From an uncultured Methylomirabilota bacterium (GTDB taxonomy: Bacteria > Methylomirabilota > Methylomirabilia > Methylomirabilales > 2-02-FULL-66-22): a stretch of DNA of 64,000 bases. The notes beneath the pieces are model-generated. The model was not told the origin of the DNA, did not search any database, and saw nothing but the letters and a program-made list of their open reading frames with translations. The stretch spans positions 2,560,001 through 2,624,000 of the forward strand of contig CAWJSJ010000002.1 of assembly GCA_963845565.1 (NCBI GenBank), in the 5' to 3' direction. Numbering within the stretch: the stretch's first letter is position 1; each line of letters starts with the position of its first letter. The position numbers and the translations under genes are program-made. Below are positions 31,079 through 40,167 of this stretch, one piece after another.

Positions 31079-32860
31079 ATGGGTCGTCGGACCGGCGTCG
31101 GGCTGCTCCTCCTCGCAGCGCCGTGCTATCTCTGGGGATTGGGCGCTATCGGATTCCAGGACCCCGACGAAGGGATGTACGCCGAGATCGCGCGCGAGAT
31201 GCTGGCCAGCCGGGACTGGGTCGTGCCCACCTTCAACGGCGTGCCCTACATCGAGAAACCGCCCCTCACGTACTGGCTGACCGCGGGCAGCCTGGCCGTC
31301 CTGGGACCGTCGGAGTTCGCCGCGCGGCTCTGGAAAGTTCTGCCGATGCTCGCCACCGTGGCCCTCACCGGTGCGCTGGGCGCGCGCCTCTTTTCCCGGC
31401 GGACGGGCCTCATGGGGGCCGGCGTCCTGGCGACGACCCTGGGGACGTTCCTCTTCAGCCGCCTTGCCCAAATGGATCCGCTCCTCCTCCTCTGCATCAC
31501 GGCGTCCGCGTACGGGATCGTCCGTGCGGGTGATGCGGGGCCGGACCGGCGAGGGGTCCCCGACTTGTGGTGGTGGGGGGGAGTCGCCGGCGGGGTGATG
31601 AGCAAGGGGTTGCCCGGCCTGGTGTTTCCGCTGGGTCTCCTCACGCTCTGGGCGCTCGTCAGCCGGGATAGCGGCGTGTGGCGCCGGGTCTGGACCCTGC
31701 GGGGGGTGGTCGGCGCCGCCCTCCTCGCTCTGCCGTGGCACCTCTTGGCCGCCCGGCGGGTGCCGGGTTTCGTGCAATTCTACCTGGTCGATAACCAGCT
31801 CCTGCGTTTTCTCGGTGAGCGGGCGTATGCGGAAGACGGGCGATCGCTCGGAACGGCGGCGTTTCTCGGCGTGACGGCCTGCGCGCTGCTCCCCTGGGCT
31901 CCCTATCTGGCCGCCGCGGTGTGCAGGGCCGTCGGGGCCGGGGTGCGCGACCCGCGGTGGCGGTTCCTGCTGGGCTGGATCGCCGTGGTGATCGGGTTCT
32001 TCACGGTCTCCTCCTTCAAGCTGGAATACTACGCGTTACCGGCGTTTCCGGCCATCGCGATGGTGGTGGCGGCGCTCTTCGATCAGGCAAGCGATCGGGA
32101 AGCGCTCGGCCGGCCGGAGGACGGGGCGGGCCGCTCCGCGGGATACCGGGCACTTCTGGTGTGGACGCGCATCTCCCTGGGAGGGGGGATGCTCTACTGC
32201 CTGGGGATGGCTGTTGTGTGGTGGGGAGGGTGGCTCACGCCGGCCGCGATCATCCGCGGCCTGTCGTTCTGGTCAACGAATTACCGGATCATCCTGGACC
32301 ACGGCCTGCCGCTGCCTCCCGTGATTCCCGGGCTCTTTGGCGGCGTGCTGCTGGTCGGGGGTCTCCTGTGGGTGGCGGGCTTCGGCGTGGCGGCCTGGTG
32401 CCTCGCACATGGGCGCGTGCAGGCCGGCATGGCGGCCGTCGGGAGCGTTGGGCTGGGACTGTGTCTCCTCGCCGGTGCGGTGCTGCGTGACGTGGGGCCG
32501 CATCACTCTCTGAAGCCGCTGGCCGACCACGTGAACGCCGTGCACCGGCCGGGGGATGTGCTGATCCATGAACGTGGGCTGGAAAAAGGGGGCGGGCTGC
32601 TGTTCTACACCCAGCGTCCGGTGTTGATCTTGAACGGGCGACGGGGCGACCTGGAGTTCGGCTCCACGTTGCCGGAGGCGGAGGGGCGATTCATCGACAC
32701 CCCCCGATTTCACGAGATCTGGGACGGGGAGACGCGGGCGTTCCTGGTGACGGATCTTCCCCCCTCGCAGAGTGCGATCTCCCGGAGGTCGTCGGCGGCG
32801 CCGATCCTGGTGGCCGCGACGGGGACGCGGTGGCTGTACGCCAACCGAGCGGTGCACTGA
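31079..32860 (+). CDS. ArnT/PMT-like (GT-C fold) membrane glycosyltransferase
   Basis: DPDEGMYAEIAREM...DWVVPTFNGVPYIEKPPLTYW, MSKGLPG, FKLEYYALP; many TM helices. Confidence 0.92.
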   Translation: MGRRTGVGLLLLAAPCYLWGLGAIGFQDPDEGMYAEIAREMLASRDWVVPTFNGVPYIEKPPLTYWLTAGSLAVLGPSEFAARLWKVLPMLATVALTGALGARLFSRRTGLMGAGVLATTLGTFLFSRLAQMDPLLLLCITASAYGIVRAGDAGPDRRGVPDLWWWGGVAGGVMSKGLPGLVFPLGLLTLWALVSRDSGVWRRVWTLRGVVGAALLALPWHLLAARRVPGFVQFYLVDNQLLRFLGERAYAEDGRSLGTAAFLGVTACALLPWAPYLAAAVCRAVGAGVRDPRWRFLLGWIAVVIGFFTVSSFKLEYYALPAFPAIAMVVAALFDQASDREALGRPEDGAGRSAGYRALLVWTRISLGGGMLYCLGMAVVWWGGWLTPAAIIRGLSFWSTNYRIILDHGLPLPPVIPGLFGGVLLVGGLLWVAGFGVAAWCLAHGRVQAGMAAVGSVGLGLCLLAGAVLRDVGPHHSLKPLADHVNAVHRPGDVLIHERGLEKGGGLLFYTQRPVLILNGRRGDLEFGSTLPEAEGRFIDTPRFHEIWDGETRAFLVTDLPPSQSAISRRSSAAPILVAATGTRWLYANRAVH

Positions 32861-32864
32861 CCCC

Positions 32865-34193
32865 ATGATCCCTTTGGCCCCTGCGGTGAATACGCTGGCG
32901 ATGCGGGTGGGGCGGGTGGCACCCGCCAGCCTGCTCTGGCTGATCCGCCACTTTCCGGCGGGGGCGATGGACGGCCTTCGTCGGACCGCGCTGCGTCGGA
33001 CGGTTCGACTGGCCGGGCGGCGCTCCCGCTTCTATCGGGACAAGTTCGCCGCCCTGCACATCGACCCCGAACGCGTCCGGGACCTGGCCGACCTCCGCGA
33101 CTGCGAGACGACGCCCGAGGAGTGTCGCGCGGCTCCGCCCGACGCGCTGCTCTGCGGCCGGCCCGACCTCGTCGTCGAGAGCTCCGGGACCTCCGGGCGC
33201 GTGACGCGCCTGTATCTGTCGCACGCCGAGCTGGAATACTACGCGCGGCAAGGGGTGATCCTGCTCGCCATGATGGGGGCCGGGCCGGCGGATCGGATCC
33301 TCGGGGCCTTCGAATACGCCTGGGGGCTGGGGGGGATCTACACGCAGCGGATCGGCGCCCACAGCGGACTCTTCGGTGTCTTCCCGGGCCTGGTGGACCC
33401 CGCGGAGGCGATCGAGCGTTTACCGGAGTACCGGTTCACCATCGTGATGGGCGACCCGTTCTGGATCGCGCGCTTCACCGAGATCGCCATGGCCCGCGGC
33501 GTGCGGGCGCCCATGACGGGGTTCGTCTCCGCCGCGGAGCGGATGACGGAACGGCTGCGCGGGCTGATCGAGGACTACTGGAAGGCCCCCGTGTACATGA
33601 CCTACGCCAGCACGGAGCTGGGGGCCAGTCTGGGCGCGGAATGTGCGGAGAAGACCGGGTATCATCTGCACGAGTACGATTACGCCGTCGAGATCTTGAA
33701 CCCCGACGCCGACGGTTTCGGGGAAGTGGCGTTCACCACGCTCACGCGGTCGGTGATGCCGCTGATCCGATACCGGACAGGTGATGTGGCGCGACTGATC
33801 CCCGGGCGGTGTCCGTGCGGTCTGCCGTTTCGGCGGCTGTCCGCCATCCGGGGTCGCAACGACGAGTTGTTGGCGTGCGTGTGGGGCAACGTCCATCCCG
33901 GGTTATTCGAAGACCTGCTTCGGGGGGTTGAGGGGATCGGAGACGAGTGGCAGGTGGCGCTCCGGCAACCGGGCCTGCGACCGGTGTTCGAGTTCCGTCT
34001 CGAATCCGCGGCCGGTCCCGCCACCCCGGCGGCCGCCGAGGCGCGGATTCGGGCCAATCTCGCCGAACAGCATCCCCCCCTCTGGGCCAAGACCGAGCAG
34101 CACCTGTGCGACATCAGGGTGTCTCTGGTGCCTCCCGGAAGTCTCCGGATGGGGCGGAAGATCCGCCGGCTGGTGGACGAGCGGGGCGAATGA
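32865..34193 (+). CDS. Phenylacetate-CoA ligase (PaaK)-like adenylate-forming enzyme
   Basis: ESSGTSG P-loop, YASTE, MPLIRYRTGD, IRGRND, KIRRLVDER. Confidence 0.9.
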   Translation: MIPLAPAVNTLAMRVGRVAPASLLWLIRHFPAGAMDGLRRTALRRTVRLAGRRSRFYRDKFAALHIDPERVRDLADLRDCETTPEECRAAPPDALLCGRPDLVVESSGTSGRVTRLYLSHAELEYYARQGVILLAMMGAGPADRILGAFEYAWGLGGIYTQRIGAHSGLFGVFPGLVDPAEAIERLPEYRFTIVMGDPFWIARFTEIAMARGVRAPMTGFVSAAERMTERLRGLIEDYWKAPVYMTYASTELGASLGAECAEKTGYHLHEYDYAVEILNPDADGFGEVAFTTLTRSVMPLIRYRTGDVARLIPGRCPCGLPFRRLSAIRGRNDELLACVWGNVHPGLFEDLLRGVEGIGDEWQVALRQPGLRPVFEFRLESAAGPATPAAAEARIRANLAEQHPPLWAKTEQHLCDIRVSLVPPGSLRMGRKIRRLVDERGE

Positions 34194-34335
34194 CCCCAAT
34201 GACCAGTGGCGGCGCCGAAATTCGATGGACTTCCGGCGGAGAGTGCCATATATTCGACAGGTTGAATGCTTTTTGACTCCCGCCACGCATGAGGCGGAAA
34301 CTTGCGGGGTGCCTGCGGCTCCGCCGGAGGTGTGG

Positions 34336-35103
34336 ATGCGTCGTTCGTGGATTCTCGGTCTGCTGCTGGTGTGGTCGCTGGTGTGGGCAGGTGGTGCTCT
34401 GGCGGCAGATGTGCCCGCTGGAGAGCTCCTGCGCCTGCTTGACGCCGCCGACAAGCATTACGCGCAGGTTCACGACTACACGTCGGTCATGGTCGGTCGC
34501 GAGCGTGTGAAGGACCGGCTCCTGCCGACAGAGCAGGTGCTGCTCAAGTTCCAGCGGACGTTCAAGGTGTACATGCGCTGGCTGGATGGGCCCAGCAAGG
34601 GTCGGGAGGGCCTGTACGTGTCCGGGGCGCATGACAACAAGTTCCTGGTGTACGAGCCCAGCGGATTTCAGCAGTTGTTCACCGCGGCCCTGGAGCCGAC
34701 CGACGCCCGCGTGATGGAGAAGAGTCGCCACCCGGTGACCGATGTCGGGATCGGCCGGCTGCTGGAGATCGTCGGCGACAACGCCCGCCGGGCTGCGCGA
34801 AACGGGGTGTTGCGCGTCGTGGATCGGGGAACCGGCGAGGTGGGCGGGCGGCGGGTTCGTCAAGTGGAGGGGTTCCTCCCGAAAGATCCCGGAGCGGGGT
34901 ACTACGCCTACCGGGTACAGCTCTCGTTCGACGAGGCGAGCCGACTGCTCATTCGGGCCGTCGTCTACGACTGGAGCGACCAACTCGTCGAGGATTTCAG
35001 CTACACCGAGCTCCGCATCAACCCCGGCCTCACAGGGCTCGACTTTGATCCCAGCAACAAGGAGTATGGTTTCTCCATCTGGCGGATCCAGATCTCGGGC
35101 TAA
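34336..35103 (+). CDS. Exported DUF1571-like protein (LolA-like lipid-carrier fold inferred)
   Basis: Signal peptide; VHDYTS..GRERV, FKVYMRWL.GPSKGRE.LYV.G, SRHPVTDVGIGRL, EDFSY.EL.INPGL...DFDP.N.EY.F. Confidence 0.8.
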   Translation: MRRSWILGLLLVWSLVWAGGALAADVPAGELLRLLDAADKHYAQVHDYTSVMVGRERVKDRLLPTEQVLLKFQRTFKVYMRWLDGPSKGREGLYVSGAHDNKFLVYEPSGFQQLFTAALEPTDARVMEKSRHPVTDVGIGRLLEIVGDNARRAARNGVLRVVDRGTGEVGGRRVRQVEGFLPKDPGAGYYAYRVQLSFDEASRLLIRAVVYDWSDQLVEDFSYTELRINPGLTGLDFDPSNKEYGFSIWRIQISG

Positions 35104-35206
35104 GCCGTTGTCAAGGAATAACTTGACCGGAGAAATTTCGGGAACGGCATAAGGAGCCGTAACGAAATCACCAAAAATGGACAAGTTATTTCGTAACGGC
35201 TCCTAA
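35100..35206 (-). repeat. Repeat family A, full copy (107 bp, reverse orientation)
   Basis: CTAAGCCGTTGTCAAG...GGCATAAGGAGCCGTAACGAAAT...ATTTCGTAACGGCTCCTAA. Confidence 0.95.
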
Positions 35207-35357
35207 TCGGAGCACGGCTCCCGTTTCCGGGAGCGTGGCGGCGCTCATTCCGGGCCGGGTTCCTCCTCCGCGGCAGTGGGCTCCCTCCGGTCGTTCCTCG
35301 AGTCTCCCGTATGCCGATCGCGCGACGAAACCGGAGCCGAACGACGGATGTCTGGTC

Positions 35358-35861
35358 ATGCGCTATCGCTTCGTGGACCGCATCTTGGAAATCGACGCGC
35401 ACGGCGTCGGGACCATCACGACCTCGAAGGCGTTCGCGCGGTCCGAGGAGTTCTTCGACGGCACCTTCCGTCGGCACGACGAGGTGCCGTCGTCGCTGGT
35501 GCTGGAAGCCATGGCCGCCGCAGGATCGTTTCTCCTCACGGTCAAGAGTCGGTATCAGGTGCACGCCCTGCTGCTGAAGGTGAACCGGGCGGCGTTTCCG
35601 CGCCCCGTGCGCGCCGGCGACCAGCTGATCGTGCGATGCAGCCTGGCGGGTTTTCAGGGCGACTGGGACCGGCCGGATGCATCGGGCGCAGTGTTCGGCG
35701 TGGCCGAGGTGCATGCCGCATGCACGATCGGCGCGGACCCGGCGGCGGACGCCGCGCTACTGTTCGTCGGCCTTCCGCTGTCCCGCACGCTGGGCGCACG
35801 GCGGGAACAGGTGCTGGCCGGCATGTTGGAACTGCTGGGCTACGTGGATACGCGTCCGTGA
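35358..35861 (+). CDS. FabZ-like hot-dog protein lacking the catalytic His
   Basis: MRYRFVDRI, EEFFDGTF (GHF replaced), VPSSLVLEAMA, FPRPVRAGDQL. Confidence 0.85.
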   Translation: MRYRFVDRILEIDAHGVGTITTSKAFARSEEFFDGTFRRHDEVPSSLVLEAMAAAGSFLLTVKSRYQVHALLLKVNRAAFPRPVRAGDQLIVRCSLAGFQGDWDRPDASGAVFGVAEVHAACTIGADPAADAALLFVGLPLSRTLGARREQVLAGMLELLGYVDTRP

Positions 35862-35910
35862 TGGCGCCACGGTGCGGCGCACCAGGGGTGTGGCAAGGGG
35901 TCGGTCCCGT

Positions 35911-37197
35911 ATGAACAGGCGCGCGGTCATCACCGGCGTCGGTGTGGTCTCTCCGCTGGGGATCGGTTCGCAGGCGCACTGGGACGGACTGGTGTCCGGG
36001 CGCTCGGCCGTGGCCCGGGTGGATCGGCTGACCCGGCTCGGCTTTCCAGTGGACGTCGGCGCGGACGTCCCGGGCCAGACCGTGGCGGCGTGCGTGCCGC
36101 GCGTGCCCAAGAAGCAGGTCAAGCTCTTCAATCGCGCCACCACGTTCGCCATGGCCGCCGCCTCGCTGGCCGCCGCGGACGCCGGGATCACCGCCCCGGT
36201 GCCCGATCCGGTCCGGGCGGGCGTGATCCTGGCGACCCTCTTCATTCCCTATCCCATCCAGAGCGTCCTTCCGCTGCTGCCGAACGCCGAGGCGACCGAT
36301 ACCCGCCACCGTGTGGATCTCGGAAAGGCGATGCGGGAGTGCCTGGGTGGCGTGAATCCCCTGGATCTGTCCCTGAAGATCGTTCCTAACCTGACGGCGG
36401 GACACCTCGCCATCCATTTCGGTCTGCGCGGGGCGTGTCGTACGGTCGCCGACGGGTGGACCGGCGGCTTGACGGCCATTGCCCAGGCGGCGACCGCCAT
36501 CCGCGAGGGCGAGTTGGACCTGGCGTTCTGCGGCGGGGCGGAGTGTCCGCTGGAGGAACTGGTGTTCGCCGACCTCTGCTCCACGGAGCTCTTGTCGCCG
36601 CCCGCCACCCCTCCCGAGCGGACCTGTCGCCCGTTCGGCCTGGGCCGGCAGGGCACGGTCGTCGGCGAAGGTGCGGCGATCCTGGTCCTGGAGGCGGAGG
36701 AGCACGCGATGCGCCGCGGCGCCGCGGTCCGCGCCGTCTGTGCCGGGTTCGGCGCAGCCAGCGCCGACGCCTCCCCGGCCGGCGCCCGGGACAGCCTTCC
36801 GCGCGCCCTGCGTGCGGCGCTGGCGGAGAGCCGGCGCGACGCCCCGGACCTCGTGTCCCTGCATGGCGATGGGAGCGTGCCGGGCGACCTCGGCGAGGCG
36901 ATGGCATGGCAGATACTCGCGGCCGAGACCGGGGGCTGGCCGGCCCTGTACGCCAGCAAGGGCGCCCACGGAAATCTGGTCTCCGCCGCCGGTCCGCTGG
37001 AGGCGGCGGGCATGCTGTTGGCATTGGAGCAGGAGACGGTTCCGCCCAGCCGGAACTGCCGACCAGCCGATCCGGCGTGCGGTCTTCCCCTGGCGGCGGA
37101 TGGCCCGCGCGCCGTCCCGGGGATGCGTACCGGTGTGGTCAGTGCCCTGGGCGCGTTCGGGGAAGCCGCCTGTCTGGTGTTGACGCGCGGCGTGTGA
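35911..37197 (+). CDS. FabF-like ketosynthase homologue lacking the catalytic Cys (CLF-like)
   Basis: [18 protein letters not shown]...GEGA; ADGWTGG in place of TAC; KGAHGN in place of KSMIGH. Confidence 0.88.
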   Translation: MNRRAVITGVGVVSPLGIGSQAHWDGLVSGRSAVARVDRLTRLGFPVDVGADVPGQTVAACVPRVPKKQVKLFNRATTFAMAAASLAAADAGITAPVPDPVRAGVILATLFIPYPIQSVLPLLPNAEATDTRHRVDLGKAMRECLGGVNPLDLSLKIVPNLTAGHLAIHFGLRGACRTVADGWTGGLTAIAQAATAIREGELDLAFCGGAECPLEELVFADLCSTELLSPPATPPERTCRPFGLGRQGTVVGEGAAILVLEAEEHAMRRGAAVRAVCAGFGAASADASPAGARDSLPRALRAALAESRRDAPDLVSLHGDGSVPGDLGEAMAWQILAAETGGWPALYASKGAHGNLVSAAGPLEAAGMLLALEQETVPPSRNCRPADPACGLPLAADGPRAVPGMRTGVVSALGAFGEAACLVLTRGV

Positions 37198-37240
37198 GCG
37201 AAATCCCGGGGGCACCCGCGCCCCCCCGGCGGGAGGCACG

Positions 37241-37987
37241 ATGCAGGTCGATCTGCGCGGAAAAGCCGCGGTCGTGACCGGGGGATCACGGGGCATCGGG
37301 GCGGCGATCAGTCGGTCCCTGGCCGCCGCGGGGGCGTCGGTGCTGATCACGTTCCGTCAGGACGAGACGGCGGCGCGCGCGGTCGTGGAGCAGATCCGTG
37401 CGGCCGGCGGTACCGCCGCCTGCCGGCAGGCGGATGTGTGCGATCGCGACGCGACCGCGGCGGCGATCGACGAGATGGCGTGTCGCGCCGGGCGCCTGGA
37501 TATCCTGGTGAATAACGCCGGGATCGTGCGGGACGCCCTGGTACCCGAAATGGCCGAGGCCGACTGGCACGCCGTGATCGAGACCAACCTCTCGGGCGTG
37601 TTCACCTCCTCGCGAGCCGCGGTGCCATACATGCTCCGACGGAAATGGGGCCGGATCATCAACATCAGTTCCGTCGGCGCCTGGCGGGGACATCGGGGCC
37701 AGGGGAACTACGCCGCCTCCAAGGCGGCGGTCAACGCGCTGACGCGGGTGATGGCGACGGAGTTCGGGCCGAGGGGCATTACCGTCAACGCGGTGGCGCC
37801 GGGGTTGATCGAGACGGACATGAGCCGCGCCCTCCTGCCGTTCGCCGAGGAGGCCATCCGCGAGCGCATCCCGCTCCGTCGGGTCGGCCGCCCCGAGGAC
37901 GTGGCGCCCCTGGTGGTGTTCCTGGCCTCGGACGCGGCAGCGTATATCACCGGGCAGGTGTTCCCGGTGGACGGCGGTCTGCTCTAG
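37241..37987 (+). CDS. fabG: 3-oxoacyl-ACP reductase
   Basis: [35 protein letters not shown]. Confidence 0.9.
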   Translation: MQVDLRGKAAVVTGGSRGIGAAISRSLAAAGASVLITFRQDETAARAVVEQIRAAGGTAACRQADVCDRDATAAAIDEMACRAGRLDILVNNAGIVRDALVPEMAEADWHAVIETNLSGVFTSSRAAVPYMLRRKWGRIINISSVGAWRGHRGQGNYAASKAAVNALTRVMATEFGPRGITVNAVAPGLIETDMSRALLPFAEEAIRERIPLRRVGRPEDVAPLVVFLASDAAAYITGQVFPVDGGLL

Positions 37988-38112
37988 CAGGCTGCTGAAA
38001 AAGGGCCATCTGCTGCGTTGGCCGGCCTCGGCACTCGCTGCGGCGTACCTCCAGTACGCCTCGCTCGGCCGTCGGCCCGCCGCCTGGCATCTGGGCCTTT
38101 TTGAGCAGCCTG
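37988..38112 (+). mobile_element. Repeat family B, MITE-like element with terminal inverted repeats
   Basis: CAGGCTGCTGAAAAAGG...CCTTTTTGAGCAGCCTG; homologous to 41521-41663. Confidence 0.8.
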
Positions 38113-38151
38113 AGCGACGTGGGTATTTCAGCATGTCGGACGGGGGAAGCG

Positions 38152-38766
38152 ATGATTGAGTCGTCGGTGGACCAGAAACGCGAGTGGAGTCGGCCCGAGG
38201 TCGAGGCGGCCCTGCGGAAGATCCTGGCAGAGTCTCTGGACGTCCCGGAGGCCGCGGTGACCCCGGCGGCCTCCGTGGTCCGGGAGCTGGGTGCGGAGTC
38301 GATCGACTTTCTCGACATCGGCTTCGAGATCCAGCAAACGCTGGGCGTCGATCTGCAGACCGCGGAGATCCGCACGCGGATCATGGCCTGGACGGCGCTG
38401 ATCCACCAGGCGCTGGCGGAGATCCTGCACCGGCGATACGACGTGACGGTCACGGCCGACACGTTGCGGGCGCAGGAGGCCGGCGGACTGGTGAAGATCG
38501 TGGAGCAGTTGCAGTCCGCCACGGGCCTCGCCGCCGGTCCCGGGGCGGCGGACGAACTGGGACGCGCGTTGCTGGACCGGCTGGTGAGCGAATTCGCGGC
38601 GCTGGGCTTCGGCGTCAGCGACGCGGACCGGCAGGGCCTGCTGGCGCTCATGCGCACCGACCTCAGTGCCCGCCGGCTGCGAGAGCGCACGCTGGACCTC
38701 CTGACCGTCGGCGCGCTGGTGGATTTCATCTGCGCCAAGCTCGGCACGCGCCTGCGCGCCGCCTGA
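38152..38766 (+). CDS. Acyl carrier protein with a large internal insertion (204 aa)
   Basis: ELGAESIDFLDI phosphopantetheine-site motif; terminal DLLTVGALVDFI helix IV separated by ~110 extra residues. Confidence 0.85.
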   Translation: MIESSVDQKREWSRPEVEAALRKILAESLDVPEAAVTPAASVVRELGAESIDFLDIGFEIQQTLGVDLQTAEIRTRIMAWTALIHQALAEILHRRYDVTVTADTLRAQEAGGLVKIVEQLQSATGLAAGPGAADELGRALLDRLVSEFAALGFGVSDADRQGLLALMRTDLSARRLRERTLDLLTVGALVDFICAKLGTRLRAA

Positions 38767-38789
38767 ACCGGACCGAAGGGAACCGCCCC

Positions 38790-39308
38790 ATGCGTTTTCT
38801 GTTCGTGGATCGAATCGTCCGACTGACGCCGGGGAAGGAGGTCGTCGTCCGGAAGAACGTCAGCAACAGCGAGGACTTCTTCGCCGACCACTTCGAGGGA
38901 CGGCCGGTCATGCCCGGCTGTCTGATCCTGGAGACCTGCGATCAGGCGGCCCGCCTGCTGCTGGCGGCGTCGGCGGCATTCGCCTGCCTCCCCAGTCTGA
39001 CCGAGATCGCGAACGCCAAGATGCAGCACTTCGTCCAGCCCGGCGACCTGCTGGAGGTCCACGTGGTCCTGGCCCGGCAGACGGCGGACGCGGCGGAGGT
39101 GCGGGCCTCGGCCTCGGTCGGGGAGCGGACGGTGGCGCGCATGTCGTTCGGCTATCGCTTGCGTCCCGCGGCCTCGGACACGCAAACGGCGCGCGCCTGC
39201 CTGCGCCTGCGTGAGTTCTACGAGGTGCTCACCACGGACCTCGCGACGTTGGCCGCCGATCCGCGGCCAGCCGCGGAACCTCCGGCCGGGACGGTGCGCG
39301 ATGCTTGA
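38790..39308 (+). CDS. fabZ: 3-hydroxyacyl-ACP dehydratase, FabZ family
   Basis: FLFVDRI, KNVSNSEDFFADHFEGRPVMPGCLILE (His and Glu present), FVQPGD. Confidence 0.88.
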   Translation: MRFLFVDRIVRLTPGKEVVVRKNVSNSEDFFADHFEGRPVMPGCLILETCDQAARLLLAASAAFACLPSLTEIANAKMQHFVQPGDLLEVHVVLARQTADAAEVRASASVGERTVARMSFGYRLRPAASDTQTARACLRLREFYEVLTTDLATLAADPRPAAEPPAGTVRDA

Positions 39309-40050
39309 GGGGCAGACGGCGGTGGTGACGGGCGCCGGCCGCGGCATCGGCCGCGCCATCGCGGTGCGGCTGGCCGCGGCGGGTGCGAACGTGGTGGTCA
39401 ATTACTACCTCAACCGCGAGGCGGCGGAGCAGGCGGCAGCGGCGATCCGATCGTGCGGAGTGCAGGCGCACGTCGTCCAGGCGGACATGAAAGACCCCGA
39501 CCAGATCCGGCGGCTGTTCGACGAGGTGGGCGCGCGGTTTGGCGGGCTGGATATCCTGGTCAGCAACGCCGCCTCGGGCGTCTTTCGGCCCGCGGGAGAG
39601 CTGACCCCCAAGCACTGGGACTGGATGATGCACACCCACCCCCGGGCGTTCCTGCTCTGCGCGCAGGCGGCGGTGCCGTTGATGCAGGGCCGGCGGGGCC
39701 GCATGGTGGCGGTGAGCAGCCTCGGGTCGCAGCGGACGATCCCCAACTACGCGGGCATGGGGGCGGCCAAGGGGGCGCTGGAGTCGCTGACACGGTACCT
39801 GGCGGTCGAGTACGGGCCCCTCGGGATCGCCGTCAACGCGGTCTCCGGCGGCGCCGTGGCCACCGACTCCTGGCGGGAACTGGCCGAGATGGAGACGGTG
39901 CTCGACGAGATCGGCCGCCGAACGCCGGCGGGCCGGATCGCCGAGCCCACGGACATCGCCGAGGCGGTGTTGTTTCTGTGCAGTCCCCAGGCCGGGATGA
40001 TCCGCGGCCAGGTCCTGGTCGTGGACGGGGGCTATTCCCTCACGCTCTAA
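39301..40050 (+). CDS. fabL: FabL-type enoyl-ACP reductase (SDR)
   Basis: SNAASGVFRP...HWDW, SSLGS, Y-x6-K (YAGMGAAK), LTRYLAVE, NAVSGG; characteristic of Bacillus FabL. Confidence 0.82.
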   Translation: MLEGQTAVVTGAGRGIGRAIAVRLAAAGANVVVNYYLNREAAEQAAAAIRSCGVQAHVVQADMKDPDQIRRLFDEVGARFGGLDILVSNAASGVFRPAGELTPKHWDWMMHTHPRAFLLCAQAAVPLMQGRRGRMVAVSSLGSQRTIPNYAGMGAAKGALESLTRYLAVEYGPLGIAVNAVSGGAVATDSWRELAEMETVLDEIGRRTPAGRIAEPTDIAEAVLFLCSPQAGMIRGQVLVVDGGYSLTL

Positions 40051-40151
40051 GCCGTCGTCATGGAGTGGCTTGACCGGAGGAATTTCGGAAACGGCATGGG
40101 GAGCCGTTGCGAAATCAACAAACGGCCAAGTTGTTTCGTGACGGCTCCTAA
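40047..40151 (-). repeat. Repeat family A, diverged copy (105 bp, reverse orientation)
   Basis: CTAAGCCGTCGTCA...GGCATGGGGAGCCGTTGCGAAAT...GTTTCGTGACGGCTCCTAA. Confidence 0.9.
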
Positions 40152-40167
40152 CCGGGTCGGGGACGGG

